Positions 22,985 to 32,391 of a DNA stretch of 64,000 nt are shown here, one piece after another. A model generated the notes under the pieces. It worked only from the letters and a program-made list of their open reading frames with translations, was not told the DNA's origin and did no database searches. Where the stretch lies: positions 32,001-96,000 of the forward strand of contig JBGPGO010000005.1 in NCBI GenBank assembly GCA_041483895.1. The letters run 5' to 3'. Position 1 is the stretch's first letter. The number at the start of each line of letters is the position of its first letter. The position numbers and the translations under genes were made by a program. The DNA is from Fimbriimonadia bacterium. GTDB lineage: Bacteria; Armatimonadota; Fimbriimonadia; Fimbriimonadales; JABRVX01.

Positions 22985-22992
22985 AAAACATC

Positions 22993-23697
22993 ATGGACAT
23001 TCCAGCCGCGCCGGAAGCGGAACAACCGAAGATTCGCCTGTTCAATCGGGACGAATACTATAAGATGGCCGAGGTGGGCATCCTCGGCCCGGAAGACCGC
23101 GTCGAGTTGCTGGGCGGGGAGATATTCATCAAGCATACGGACTGCGAGACCCGGCGATTCACGCGTGATGAATACTACAAGATGGCGGAAGTCGGTATCC
23201 TTCGTCCCGATGAACGGGTTGAGCTCATTGAAGGGGAAATCGTCGAGATGAGTCCGCAAAACGCCCCGCACGCAGCGACGCTGATTCTCGCCGAGGAAAT
23301 CGTCCGTGGAATTTTTGGCGACGGATACGTCGTCCGAATTCAAATGCCGCTGGACATCGGCGAAAAATCGTCTCCCGAACCGGACATCCTAGTGGTTGCA
23401 GGTTCAGCAAGGGATCAGTTCAAAGGTCATCCGAAGACAGGTGTTCTGGTCATCGAAATAACCGACTCATCCAGCAAATCAGACATTACAACCAAGCCCG
23501 GCATTTATGCTTCTGTCGGAATCCAGGAGTATTGGGTTGTGCTTGTACAGGACCGCAAGATTATCGTCCATCGGTCGCCGGCATCGGGGACCGGCGGCGG
23601 ACAATACGCTGATATCACGGTCGTTGAACCCGGAGATCAGATTTCTGCGCTTGGGAATCCCACAAAACTTATATCGGTAAGCGACTTTTTCGTGTAA
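22993..23697 (+). CDS. Uma2 (DUF820) family endonuclease-like protein with duplicated N-terminal motif
   Basis: RVELIEGEIVEMSP..PH, PEPD, LVIEI.DSS, YA..GI.EYWVV. Confidence 0.9.
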   Translation: MDIPAAPEAEQPKIRLFNRDEYYKMAEVGILGPEDRVELLGGEIFIKHTDCETRRFTRDEYYKMAEVGILRPDERVELIEGEIVEMSPQNAPHAATLILAEEIVRGIFGDGYVVRIQMPLDIGEKSSPEPDILVVAGSARDQFKGHPKTGVLVIEITDSSSKSDITTKPGIYASVGIQEYWVVLVQDRKIIVHRSPASGTGGGQYADITVVEPGDQISALGNPTKLISVSDFFV

Positions 23698-23786
23698 TCG
23701 CTTAGTTCAGGGCGCAAATTTCGGCTCCACGCTACTCAATTCCACCGAATCTTGATACAATACGCTTACAAAAGGGAGCGTATGTC

Positions 23787-24587
23787 ATGGCAAAACGGGC
23801 CTTTACCCTCATCGAACTGCTCGTCGTGATCGCGATCATCGCCATCTTGGCCGCGATCCTGTTCCCCGTGTTCGCGGCTGCCCGGCAGTCTGCGAGGACC
23901 ACCACCACGCTGTCCAACCTCAAGCAGGTTTCGGCGGCGGTTCTGATGTACGTGGACGACAACGACACGCGCACGCCGCAGGTCTATTACGGCGGCTGGT
24001 TCACCGGTTATCCCGACGTGAATTGGACCTTTGTCACATGGAACACGCTCGTCTACAAATATGTGAAGAGCGGAGAGACGATGAACGATGCCGCCCGGTT
24101 GCCGGCGGTCTACTTCCACCCGCCCGGCTCAAAAGCCTCGAACGGCAAGGATCAATTCAACTGGTTCGGATGGGCGACTATGGCCGGCAACGAGCGGGGA
24201 CTGTTCGGCTGGTGGGAATTTCGCGGGGGATGGATTTTTCATCAAGGCCGAAAATATTCCTCCCAACAGAACCTCTCGCAGCGCTCGATGCTGCTGGTGA
24301 CGCGCGACCCGCGCGACCATGAGTGGGGCAGCTTCATTTACGTCAATTTCGATGCGGCCAATCCAAACACGGACCCGAAGGCGAGCCAAGAGACATATTA
24401 TTGGAACAACAATGTGTGGGCGGCGCAACGATACCATCGGGATCGAGTGTGCACTGTCTTCGCCGATACGCATGCGAAAACAGTCAACAACATCTACATG
24501 CCACCAAACTCCTCCTATACATATTGGTCGAATTGGGACCCGGAAAAGAAGGCGTTCTGGGGCGACGACGTAAGTGCGACCAAATAA
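23787..24587 (+). CDS. Prepilin-type N-terminal cleavage/methylation domain protein
   Basis: [28 protein letters not shown]; degenerate H-X9-DG-like C-terminus (H...FADTHAK). Confidence 0.9.
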   Translation: MAKRAFTLIELLVVIAIIAILAAILFPVFAAARQSARTTTTLSNLKQVSAAVLMYVDDNDTRTPQVYYGGWFTGYPDVNWTFVTWNTLVYKYVKSGETMNDAARLPAVYFHPPGSKASNGKDQFNWFGWATMAGNERGLFGWWEFRGGWIFHQGRKYSSQQNLSQRSMLLVTRDPRDHEWGSFIYVNFDAANPNTDPKASQETYYWNNNVWAAQRYHRDRVCTVFADTHAKTVNNIYMPPNSSYTYWSNWDPEKKAFWGDDVSATK

Positions 24588-24590
24588 GCC

Positions 24591-25334
24591 CTAATTGCCG
24601 TTCAGCGCAAGGTTGCCGACGGCCCGGGCCTTCGGCGGCGGGGAGAACTGGAACCAAGAGGCATAGGTGGTGTTGTCTTCCATCGGTTCGGAGACGGCCT
24701 TCCACGTGGTCATGACTCGCTTGGAACCGCTGCCGGTTACCTTCGTGAATTCCACAGAACGCAGCGCCGTCTCCCCATCGATTGGCTTCCATACTTTGAA
24801 AGTGTACTGTTCGCCCTGTGTAGCCTCACCCTTGCCGACCAACTGCCGCATTGTGATGGTGTATTGCGACCCGGCATCCGACTTCGCCGTATTGGTGATC
24901 GTCGTTTCGGGAAACGCGAGCAGGTTGGTGTCGCCGGCGAGCAGGTTCAAAGCGATCGCGGTCTTTGCGGGACCAAGGGTCTTCATCCGGGCAATGGCTC
25001 CGCCAAAACCTCCGGCTTGGGCAACGATCGTGTACTCTTTCGCCGCTGGGTCCCACCGCCAGATGTGGCTGCCGTCGGCAATGATGAGGGTGAACGATTT
25101 GCCCTCATAGGTCTCGATGCGGAACTTGTCCGGGCCGGAACGGTAGGCATTGACCCGAATTGCGACCCTTTTTTCGCCGACCGCGACTTCGCCGGTGAGG
25201 GAAACATAGGCATTCTTGGCGCTTGATATCTGGGAGAAGGCCTCTTGTACGAGACCCGTGGCGACGTCATCGTCCGCCCATGCTAGGCAGGCAGGCAGAA
25301 AAACGAGGCAAAGGAGGACAGCGCGTATCGTCAT
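24591..25334 (-). CDS. Secreted LolA-like (DUF2092-like) protein
   Basis: Signal peptide; PDKFRIE...IIADGSHIWRWDP...EY and FQFSPP patterns. Confidence 0.65.
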   Translation of the reverse strand: MTIRAVLLCLVFLPACLAWADDDVATGLVQEAFSQISSAKNAYVSLTGEVAVGEKRVAIRVNAYRSGPDKFRIETYEGKSFTLIIADGSHIWRWDPAAKEYTIVAQAGGFGGAIARMKTLGPAKTAIALNLLAGDTNLLAFPETTITNTAKSDAGSQYTITMRQLVGKGEATQGEQYTFKVWKPIDGETALRSVEFTKVTGSGSKRVMTTWKAVSEPMEDNTTYASWFQFSPPPKARAVGNLALNGN

Positions 25335-25394
25335 TGGTGATTTAGACGGGCCCGCTCTGTCCTTTGTTCCTAGTAGCACCACAAAATCATGGTC

Positions 25395-27038
25395 TTAGTC
25401 ATCTCCGATACGGGCCCAATTCAAGAAGATGATGGTTAGGTCGCGCACGTCTACCGTGCCGTTCCAGTCCAGGTCACCTTCACGAACCGTTTCACCAAAG
25501 TCTAGGAAGACTATGTTCAGGTCCTTATGCTCCACAAACTTGCTGTAATCTGCATCACCGTTGTACATGGAGAAGTCGAGGTCCATAGCAGGCGCTGCCA
25601 AAAATAGGTTCGCAAATAGGCGGTTGAGCCAATGGTCCGCATCGACGTGAAGATCGTATTCACCGGTCGCGAACAGGGTCGTGGCGTAGTGCCCATCTGC
25701 GCCCAGCGTGGGAAAATCGTACCAGGCGACGGTTGTTGTCCCCGGATCTCGGAAGATGAAAGTAGAGCTGAAACCGGGCGGACCCGCGTAGTATTCCAAA
25801 GTCAAATTGCCCAGCAATTTCGATCTTGTAAGCTTGCACGCAGCTTCGTGGTCCAGGTATTGATTGATTCGATCAATGCAGCGGGGATGGAAGTTGAGGT
25901 GGATGTTCCACATTCCGCCACTGCAAATATGGCAGTAACTCATGATCGTGCCGCCTTCGGGCGGGACAACGCAATCGATTCCACAGGTATCGATGGGAGG
26001 AACGTAGCCATCATGAGTGTGGAGCGTACCGAACTGGTGACCCATCTCGTGCGCGACGACATAAGGGTCCCAGTTCCGGCCATCCACATCTAGCTTGGTG
26101 TTGAAAACTCCGGCGAGGTTGGCGCTGACGCAGTAGCCATACGCGCCGTTGCAAATGACTCCCACCCATGCGACGCCGCCGCCGAGCCCGCGCCCAGACA
26201 AAAAGTGGGCAGCGGCCCTGTGCACTCCGCCCATATTCGTATTCCAATAGCTTTGAAATTGGCCGAGCTCATCGCCGGTGTTGCCGGCATCCCATGGGTC
26301 CGTTCCCTTCCAGAGGCGCAGGTAGCCGACGATGATGCGGGTCTGAACGTCGCGATTGTAAATCGTGTCCATTGCGCCGAAAAGCTGGGCGACGTAAGTC
26401 GCGGACTTTGTGAGGTTTCCGCGGAAAATGCCGGTAAATTCCGTATCCGTTTCGAGGGCGATGTTGGCTGCCCTGGGACCCGTGCCGGCTGCGGCTTCGA
26501 CATCGTAGCTGAGCTGCTCGCTCTGAACCGGGGGAATCCGCGTTTCACACGACCAGTTGTTGATGTGCATCGGTCCGTCGATTATGGAGATCACCGCGTC
26601 CGGCTCTCCGGTGGTGCGGCCTCCGCCGATCAGATAGGTTTCGCCATTTCGCGTAACCCAACCGTTGCAGCTGCCAGGCGCCAATCCGAGATAGACCTCG
26701 CTCCCGTCCTCCCCTTCAATCTGGCCACGGAGCAACAGCACATCCGGCTGCGGGAGCGGGATGTCGCCGCTCGGGCTGCCCAGGACGATATGGCTGGCAG
26801 GCCCAAGGACGGAAAAGGGATGCACGATAAGGTTCACCTTGCGCCAGCTATCCAACGCGAAATCGGTCAGGTGGATGTCGCCGCGCGCGGTCTTCAAGGC
26901 AGCGTACAACGATGCGTCAATCTGCATCGGCGTACCCACTTCGAGCGTGACGCCGGTAACGATAAGCGGCGATCGATAATCGCTCGCGAAACAAGCGACA
27001 GCAAACAGAGATGCCAAGATTGTGATGCGAATTTTCAT
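25395..27038 (-). CDS. M12/reprolysin-like zinc metallopeptidase with dockerin-like C-terminal module
   Basis: GGGVAWVG, HEMGHQFGTLH, Met-turn TIMSY; C-terminal HWL..NGDAD..DLN..DLDWNGTVDVRDL. Confidence 0.88.
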   Translation of the reverse strand: MKIRITILASLFAVACFASDYRSPLIVTGVTLEVGTPMQIDASLYAALKTARGDIHLTDFALDSWRKVNLIVHPFSVLGPASHIVLGSPSGDIPLPQPDVLLLRGQIEGEDGSEVYLGLAPGSCNGWVTRNGETYLIGGGRTTGEPDAVISIIDGPMHINNWSCETRIPPVQSEQLSYDVEAAAGTGPRAANIALETDTEFTGIFRGNLTKSATYVAQLFGAMDTIYNRDVQTRIIVGYLRLWKGTDPWDAGNTGDELGQFQSYWNTNMGGVHRAAAHFLSGRGLGGGVAWVGVICNGAYGYCVSANLAGVFNTKLDVDGRNWDPYVVAHEMGHQFGTLHTHDGYVPPIDTCGIDCVVPPEGGTIMSYCHICSGGMWNIHLNFHPRCIDRINQYLDHEAACKLTRSKLLGNLTLEYYAGPPGFSSTFIFRDPGTTTVAWYDFPTLGADGHYATTLFATGEYDLHVDADHWLNRLFANLFLAAPAMDLDFSMYNGDADYSKFVEHKDLNIVFLDFGETVREGDLDWNGTVDVRDLTIIFLNWARIGDD

Positions 27039-27074
27039 GCCAAGCCTCCACAACATCTATTAACTGTTAACAGG

Positions 27075-28028
27075 TCAGCCGCCCGCCGGTTCCGCAAACA
27101 ACCGCAATGCGGCCGCCAGGTCAACATTTCCACCGCTTAGGATGACTCCTACCCGTCCGGTTGCCTTTGCTTTCCCGTCGAACACCGCCGCCAGAGCCAA
27201 GGCTCCAGTCGGTTCGACGACCAGCTTCATCCGTTCCCAGAGAAACCGCATCGTACGGATGATGGCGGCATCCGACACAGACACCATGTCGTGAGCATGC
27301 TTCAGAATGATCGGGAATGTCAGTTCTCCGAGAGACGGGGTGCGAGCGCCGTCGGCTATGGTGTCGGGATTGTGGACGGTTTGCAGGGTCTTTGTGTGAA
27401 AGGACCGGACCCCATCGTCGCCGGCATCCGGCTCGACGCCGATCACTTTGCATCCTGGCGAAAGCGCGTGCGCTGAGAGACAGCAGCCGGACAGCAAGCC
27501 ACCCCCTCCACAAGGGACGATCAGAGTGTCGAGTTCCCCTACCTCCTCAAACAGCTCTTTGGCGCACGTCCCCTGCCCCGCGATGATGTCGGGATGATCG
27601 TAGGGCGGGATGATGGTGAGACCGCGTTCTTCGGCAATCGTTCTGCCGAGCGATTCCCGCGTCGTTTGATCTTTGTCATAGAGAATCACTTCGCCACCGT
27701 ATGCTTTCGTGGCGGCCACCTTGATATCCGGCGCGTCGGTCGGCATGATAATCGTGGTTGGGATGCCGGTCAGGCTTCCCGCGAGGGCCAGGGCTTGGGC
27801 ATGGTTGCCGGAGGAATATGTCAAGACCCCCGACTGACCCTGGGACAGGTTGGATAGAGCGTTGTATGCGCCGCGGAACTTGAAGGCTCCGACCCGCTGG
27901 AAGTTCTCGCACTTGAAGAACAGGCGCGCTCCCACGATGCCATCGGCGGTTCTGGAAGTAGCAACGGGAGTCTTTGTCGCAACTCCGTCAATTCGCTCCG
28001 CCGCCCGATGCACATCGGTAAAATCCAC
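27075..28028 (-). CDS. PLP-dependent Ser/Thr dehydratase family (threo-3-hydroxyaspartate ammonia-lyase-like)
   Basis: KCENFQRVGAFKFRGA, SSGNHAQ, GGGGLLSG, SGGNVD. Confidence 0.9.
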   Translation of the reverse strand: MDFTDVHRAAERIDGVATKTPVATSRTADGIVGARLFFKCENFQRVGAFKFRGAYNALSNLSQGQSGVLTYSSGNHAQALALAGSLTGIPTTIIMPTDAPDIKVAATKAYGGEVILYDKDQTTRESLGRTIAEERGLTIIPPYDHPDIIAGQGTCAKELFEEVGELDTLIVPCGGGGLLSGCCLSAHALSPGCKVIGVEPDAGDDGVRSFHTKTLQTVHNPDTIADGARTPSLGELTFPIILKHAHDMVSVSDAAIIRTMRFLWERMKLVVEPTGALALAAVFDGKAKATGRVGVILSGGNVDLAAALRLFAEPAGG

Positions 28029-28070
28029 CCAGCGATCCTACCCGGTGAGAGGTAAATCCGGACGCCCTAG

Positions 28071-28079
28071 TGCTATACT
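28071..28079 (+). promoter_or_regulatory. Extended -10 promoter element for purF
   Basis: TGCTATACT (TGn-TATACT), about 28 nt upstream of the inferred start. Confidence 0.55.
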
Positions 28080-28106
28080 GCTAAGTAGAGACGCGCGGAG
28101 GGAACC

Positions 28107-29573
28107 ATCAAACCGATCGATCCACTCGAGCAGGACCGGCCCAAAGAGGAGTGCGGCATCTTCGGCCTGTACTCCCAGTCTTCCGACGCAGCCCGTCTTG
28201 TCTTCTTCGGGCTGTTCAACTTGCAGCATAGAGGCCAGGAAAGCGCCGGGATCGCGGCTTCGGACGGCCATGTTCTCCACATGCATAAGGAAATGGGTCT
28301 CGTCACCCAGGTCTTCAACGAGCAGATCCTTGCCGAGCTTCCCGGTCATATCGCCGTCGGGCACACCCGTTACTCCACGACCGGGTCCAGCGTTTTGCGA
28401 AACGCCCAGCCGATTTTTTGCGCGAGCCAGGTAGGGGACGTTGCCGTCGCGCATAACGGGAACCTGATTAATGCTCAGGCGCTGCGGGAGGAACTAATTT
28501 CCAGGGGTGTCGTTTTCGACTCGACGAGCGATAGCGAGGTCGTAGCGCGGATGATTGCGGTAGAAGACGGCGACTCGCTCGATCAGAAGGTGCTGCGGGC
28601 GGTGGAGCGGTTGGAAGGGGCGTTTTCGCTTGTGATTTTGACCCCGACCCAGCTCATCGGGGTTCGGGATCCGAATGGGGTGCGGCCGCTGGTTTTGGGG
28701 AAGGCCAATGGGGATTGGATTTTGGCATCCGAGACCTGCGCGTTCGGTCCGGTCCGTGGCAAACTGGTGCGGGAGATCGAACCGGGAGAGGTTTTCGTGA
28801 TCGGTCCGGAAGGGACTCGGTCGCTCAAGATGAACAGGGCTGCCAACGAGAAGATGTGCATGTTCGAGATGATTTACTTTGCGCGGCCGGACAGCGTCAT
28901 CGGCGGCCAATTGCTGCATCGGGTTCGGCAGCGGATGGGAATACAGTTGGCGCGCGAGCACCCGGCGGATGTGGATATCGTCGTTCCCGTGCCCGATACC
29001 GGGATCCCGGCGGCGATCGGCTTCAGCCAGGAGAGCGGCATTCCGTTCCAAGAGGCGCTGATCAAGAGCCGATACATTCATCGGACGTTTATCGAGCCGG
29101 AGCAGCGGATGCGCGATATGGGTGTGCGGCTAAAGCTGAATGTGCTATCGGAATATATCGACGGGCAGCGGCTGGTATTGGTGGACGACAGCATCGTACG
29201 CGGCACGACTACCAAGCAGATTGTGAAGCTGCTTTATGAAGGGGGAGCGAAAGAGGTGCATGTGCGAATTACCGCGCCGCCGATTATGCATCCCTGCTTT
29301 TATGGAATTGATATGGCGTCGAAGCGCGAGCTGGTGGCGGCACGGCTTTCCGTGGAGGAGATTTGCGAATCGCTCGGGGCGGACAGCCTGGGATACCTAA
29401 GCGTGGCTGGGCTGCGGGAGGCTGTCGGCGATACGGACGAAAAGTATTGCCTGGCCTGTTTTACGGGCAACTATCCGATCCCGATTCCTAAAGAGCAGCT
29501 TGTCGAAAAAGACATTTTCGAAAAGGTTGCGGAGGATCGGCGAATCTTGGCTCAGTCGCATGGCAAAGGGTAG
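28107..29573 (+). CDS. purF: Amidophosphoribosyltransferase; inferred non-canonical ATC start
   Basis: In-frame DRPKEE-CGIFG lies upstream of the ORF-track start; LQHRGQESAG, GHTRYST, HNGN, VDDSIVRGTT and Fe-S Cys residues follow. Confidence 0.93.
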   Translation: MKPIDPLEQDRPKEECGIFGLYSQSSDAARLVFFGLFNLQHRGQESAGIAASDGHVLHMHKEMGLVTQVFNEQILAELPGHIAVGHTRYSTTGSSVLRNAQPIFCASQVGDVAVAHNGNLINAQALREELISRGVVFDSTSDSEVVARMIAVEDGDSLDQKVLRAVERLEGAFSLVILTPTQLIGVRDPNGVRPLVLGKANGDWILASETCAFGPVRGKLVREIEPGEVFVIGPEGTRSLKMNRAANEKMCMFEMIYFARPDSVIGGQLLHRVRQRMGIQLAREHPADVDIVVPVPDTGIPAAIGFSQESGIPFQEALIKSRYIHRTFIEPEQRMRDMGVRLKLNVLSEYIDGQRLVLVDDSIVRGTTTKQIVKLLYEGGAKEVHVRITAPPIMHPCFYGIDMASKRELVAARLSVEEICESLGADSLGYLSVAGLREAVGDTDEKYCLACFTGNYPIPIPKEQLVEKDIFEKVAEDRRILAQSHGKG

Positions 29574-29574
29574 C

Positions 29575-30561
29575 ATGGCGGAGTTGAGCTACGATGCGGC
29601 CGGAGTGAATATCGACGAGGCAACCGCCGGCCTGGCTTCCGCAAAACCGCTCATCCGATCCACACACACTGCCAATGTGTTGTCCGAGTTGGGCAGCTTC
29701 GGCGGGCTGTTTGCGGCTTCTTTTCCCGGTTATGAGGACCCGGTGCTGGTGGCCAGCATCGATGGCGTGGGGACGAAGACGCTGCTGGCAGAAACCCCGT
29801 CACATTTTCAAGGTCTTGGTCGCGATCTGGTCAACCATTGCGTGAACGATATTCTTTGCCAGGGCGCGCGGCCACTCTTCTTTTTGGATTACTTTGGGAC
29901 CGGCCGATTGCGTGGCGTGGAATTGCAGAGCGTGATTGCGGGCGTTGCGGAGGCATGCAGCGCCGTCGGATGCGCGCTGATTGGCGGCGAGACCGCGGAG
30001 ATGCCGGACGTGTACGCGCCTGGCCGATTTGAGTTGGCTGGGACGGTCGTTGGCGTGGTTGAGCGGTCGCGGGTTTTGCCTAGGTCGGAAATACGGGGCG
30101 GGGATGTACTGATTGGTTTGGCGAGCGATGGGCTGCACACGAACGGGTTTTCTTTGGCGCGGCGGGTGTTTGCGCAAGATTTGGATTCTCTTCGTGAAGA
30201 GCTGCTGGCACCACACCGATGCTATTTTTCGTCCCTGTTTCCGGTGCCTGATGAGATTCTGGCTATCGCTCATATCACCGGTGGCGGGCTGGTGGACAAT
30301 ATCCCACGAGTGCTGCCCGAAGGGACCTATGTCTCGATTGATCGATCAAGTTGGAAGGAACCGGAGATTTTTGTCCAAATTCGCTCGCGCGGCGTGCCCG
30401 ATAGCGAGATGCTCCAAGTATTCAATCTCGGCGTCGGGATGGTGCTCATCGTGCGCCAGGGGACGGAAAAATTGGCGGTCGAACGATTGGGCTCGGTGGG
30501 TGAAACGGCATGGATCATGGGCCGCGTTTTGGAAGGCAATCGCGAGGTTCGATTCGAATGA
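29575..30561 (+). CDS. purM: Phosphoribosylformylglycinamidine cyclo-ligase
   Basis: Y..AGVNID, DGVGTK, VNDIL..GA.PLFFLDY, GGETAEMP, HITGGG, FNLGVGM. Confidence 0.95.
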   Translation: MAELSYDAAGVNIDEATAGLASAKPLIRSTHTANVLSELGSFGGLFAASFPGYEDPVLVASIDGVGTKTLLAETPSHFQGLGRDLVNHCVNDILCQGARPLFFLDYFGTGRLRGVELQSVIAGVAEACSAVGCALIGGETAEMPDVYAPGRFELAGTVVGVVERSRVLPRSEIRGGDVLIGLASDGLHTNGFSLARRVFAQDLDSLREELLAPHRCYFSSLFPVPDEILAIAHITGGGLVDNIPRVLPEGTYVSIDRSSWKEPEIFVQIRSRGVPDSEMLQVFNLGVGMVLIVRQGTEKLAVERLGSVGETAWIMGRVLEGNREVRFE

Positions 30562-32327
30562 GGCGGCTTGCGATATTTTTTATGCTATTAGTTGCGGCTT
30601 GCGTCTGCGCGCAGGATGCGATGAAAGAGATTCGGGCAGTGTACGACGCGCAGACCCGGCTGGACGCCACCGTAGGGCAGTTTGGCACTCCCCTGCCCTA
30701 CAATCGGGTCGCGACGGAACGCACGGATTTTGCCGCGTTGGCGACGTTGCTTGGACGCCTGCAGGCATTGTCGTATGATCGTTTGACGCCGGACGAACAG
30801 CTTGATTACGACCTGGCTCAGAACATGATTGGCAGGAAGATGGCCGCTCATCGCAGCGCGATGATGGCCACTAGGGTGATGGAAGAGCTTCCGTTTGAGA
30901 GCCTTGTTCGTGGTCTATCGGAATCCGGGGGCGCCGCATCGCCAACGGGCGAGGAACCATCCGCGCTGGGCGAACCGCCGTTTCGTACCATGATCCGAGG
31001 GGAACCCGCCGCGATCGACCAATCGGCACGGCTGGCGGCGTACAAGTTCATGCACAGTTGCACGCGACTCGCCGCGATGCACGCAATGGCACCGGCTTTC
31101 CCCAACTTTGCGGACGCCAAGTTGGCATCGGATCGGGCGAAACAGGCGGCTCGAATCGTCGCCGGCATCGAACGAAAAGTCGCGCCAAAATTGGATGATG
31201 ACACGCGGGGGGACGTGCACAAATCTTCTATGGCGGCGCAGGCTGCGCTAAAAGCAATGGCAGGCACGATCGACGCCGCCGCGAAGACGCTACCCGGCGC
31301 GGATCGGACTTGGGCCATCGGCGAAGATGAGTTCCGCTGGCTGATCACCTACGACTATATGGTGACCAAAACTCCCGACCAATTAATCGAATTGGGATGG
31401 AAGTATTTGCGGCAGACGCAGGCCGACATGCAAGCGTTGGCGCGCAAAATCGATCCGAACAAGACCATCGATCAGATATGGCAGGCGATGGAGGCCCAGC
31501 ATCCGCGCGGCATGGAGATCTTGGATGTCGCCAAGAAAAACATGGCCGATGCGGTGGAACTGATTAAGAAGGAGGGCTTCGTCACCATTCCGTCGTGGGT
31601 GGGGCCTTGTGATTGCCGCGAGGTCGGCGAGGCATCGGCGTTTTTCTATCCCTATGGTTGCTATAATCCGGGCCGGTTGCGAAATGGCACCTACACCGGC
31701 ACATATGTTGTCAACCCTGGGTATCCAAAGTATGGCGATCAGTTAGAGGAACACTATCGCGGCAATAACATATTTTGGTCCCGCGTAGTGGCTGAGCATG
31801 AGGCATGGCCGGGTCATCATCTGCAGGGGGGATATCAGTCGGCCATCACCGATCCGATACGGAAAAACACCTACTCGAATGCCATGGTGGAGGGGTGGGG
31901 ACTGTATACGGAAGACCTCATGTATCGGCACGGGTTTTATCCGGACGATCGGTACCGATTGGCGCAGTTGCGTATGCGTTTGTGGCGCTGCGCGCGCGTG
32001 ATCATTGACAGCTCCATTCACTGTAAGGGCATGACGGAAGAACAGGCAGTGGATCTGTTGGTAAAGGAAGTGGGATTGGAGAAGGTGGGGGCGCAATCGG
32101 AAGTGCGCCGATACACGACCTCGCCCACGCAACCTTCCAGCTACATTCTTGGGTGGTTGGAGCTGACAGATCTGTATGATACATATAAGGCGAAGATGGG
32201 TGCGGCCTTTAGCGAGCGTGACTTTCACGATCAGCTGCTGTCATTGGGATCGCTGCCGGTGGTGGTGATCAAGAAACGGATGCTGGCCGCTCCGCCAGTG
32301 TCGCCGTTGCGATCGCTGGCTCCGTAA
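30558..32327 (+). CDS. DUF885 family secreted protein
   Basis: Signal peptide; HEAWPGHHLQ, EGWGLYTE, WR..RVIID, EVRRY...PTQ..SY. Confidence 0.88.
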   Translation: MRRLAIFFMLLVAACVCAQDAMKEIRAVYDAQTRLDATVGQFGTPLPYNRVATERTDFAALATLLGRLQALSYDRLTPDEQLDYDLAQNMIGRKMAAHRSAMMATRVMEELPFESLVRGLSESGGAASPTGEEPSALGEPPFRTMIRGEPAAIDQSARLAAYKFMHSCTRLAAMHAMAPAFPNFADAKLASDRAKQAARIVAGIERKVAPKLDDDTRGDVHKSSMAAQAALKAMAGTIDAAAKTLPGADRTWAIGEDEFRWLITYDYMVTKTPDQLIELGWKYLRQTQADMQALARKIDPNKTIDQIWQAMEAQHPRGMEILDVAKKNMADAVELIKKEGFVTIPSWVGPCDCREVGEASAFFYPYGCYNPGRLRNGTYTGTYVVNPGYPKYGDQLEEHYRGNNIFWSRVVAEHEAWPGHHLQGGYQSAITDPIRKNTYSNAMVEGWGLYTEDLMYRHGFYPDDRYRLAQLRMRLWRCARVIIDSSIHCKGMTEEQAVDLLVKEVGLEKVGAQSEVRRYTTSPTQPSSYILGWLELTDLYDTYKAKMGAAFSERDFHDQLLSLGSLPVVVIKKRMLAAPPVSPLRSLAP

Positions 32328-32391
32328 TCTATCAGCGGGTTCGTGCGGTACCCGTTCGGCAACTAGTCGGTGCGCACTCGCGGTTGCGCGG

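Noticed and set aside
22985..24600. Integrated island at tmRNA
   Set aside because: No integrase and no duplicated ssrA 3' end were seen in the window.
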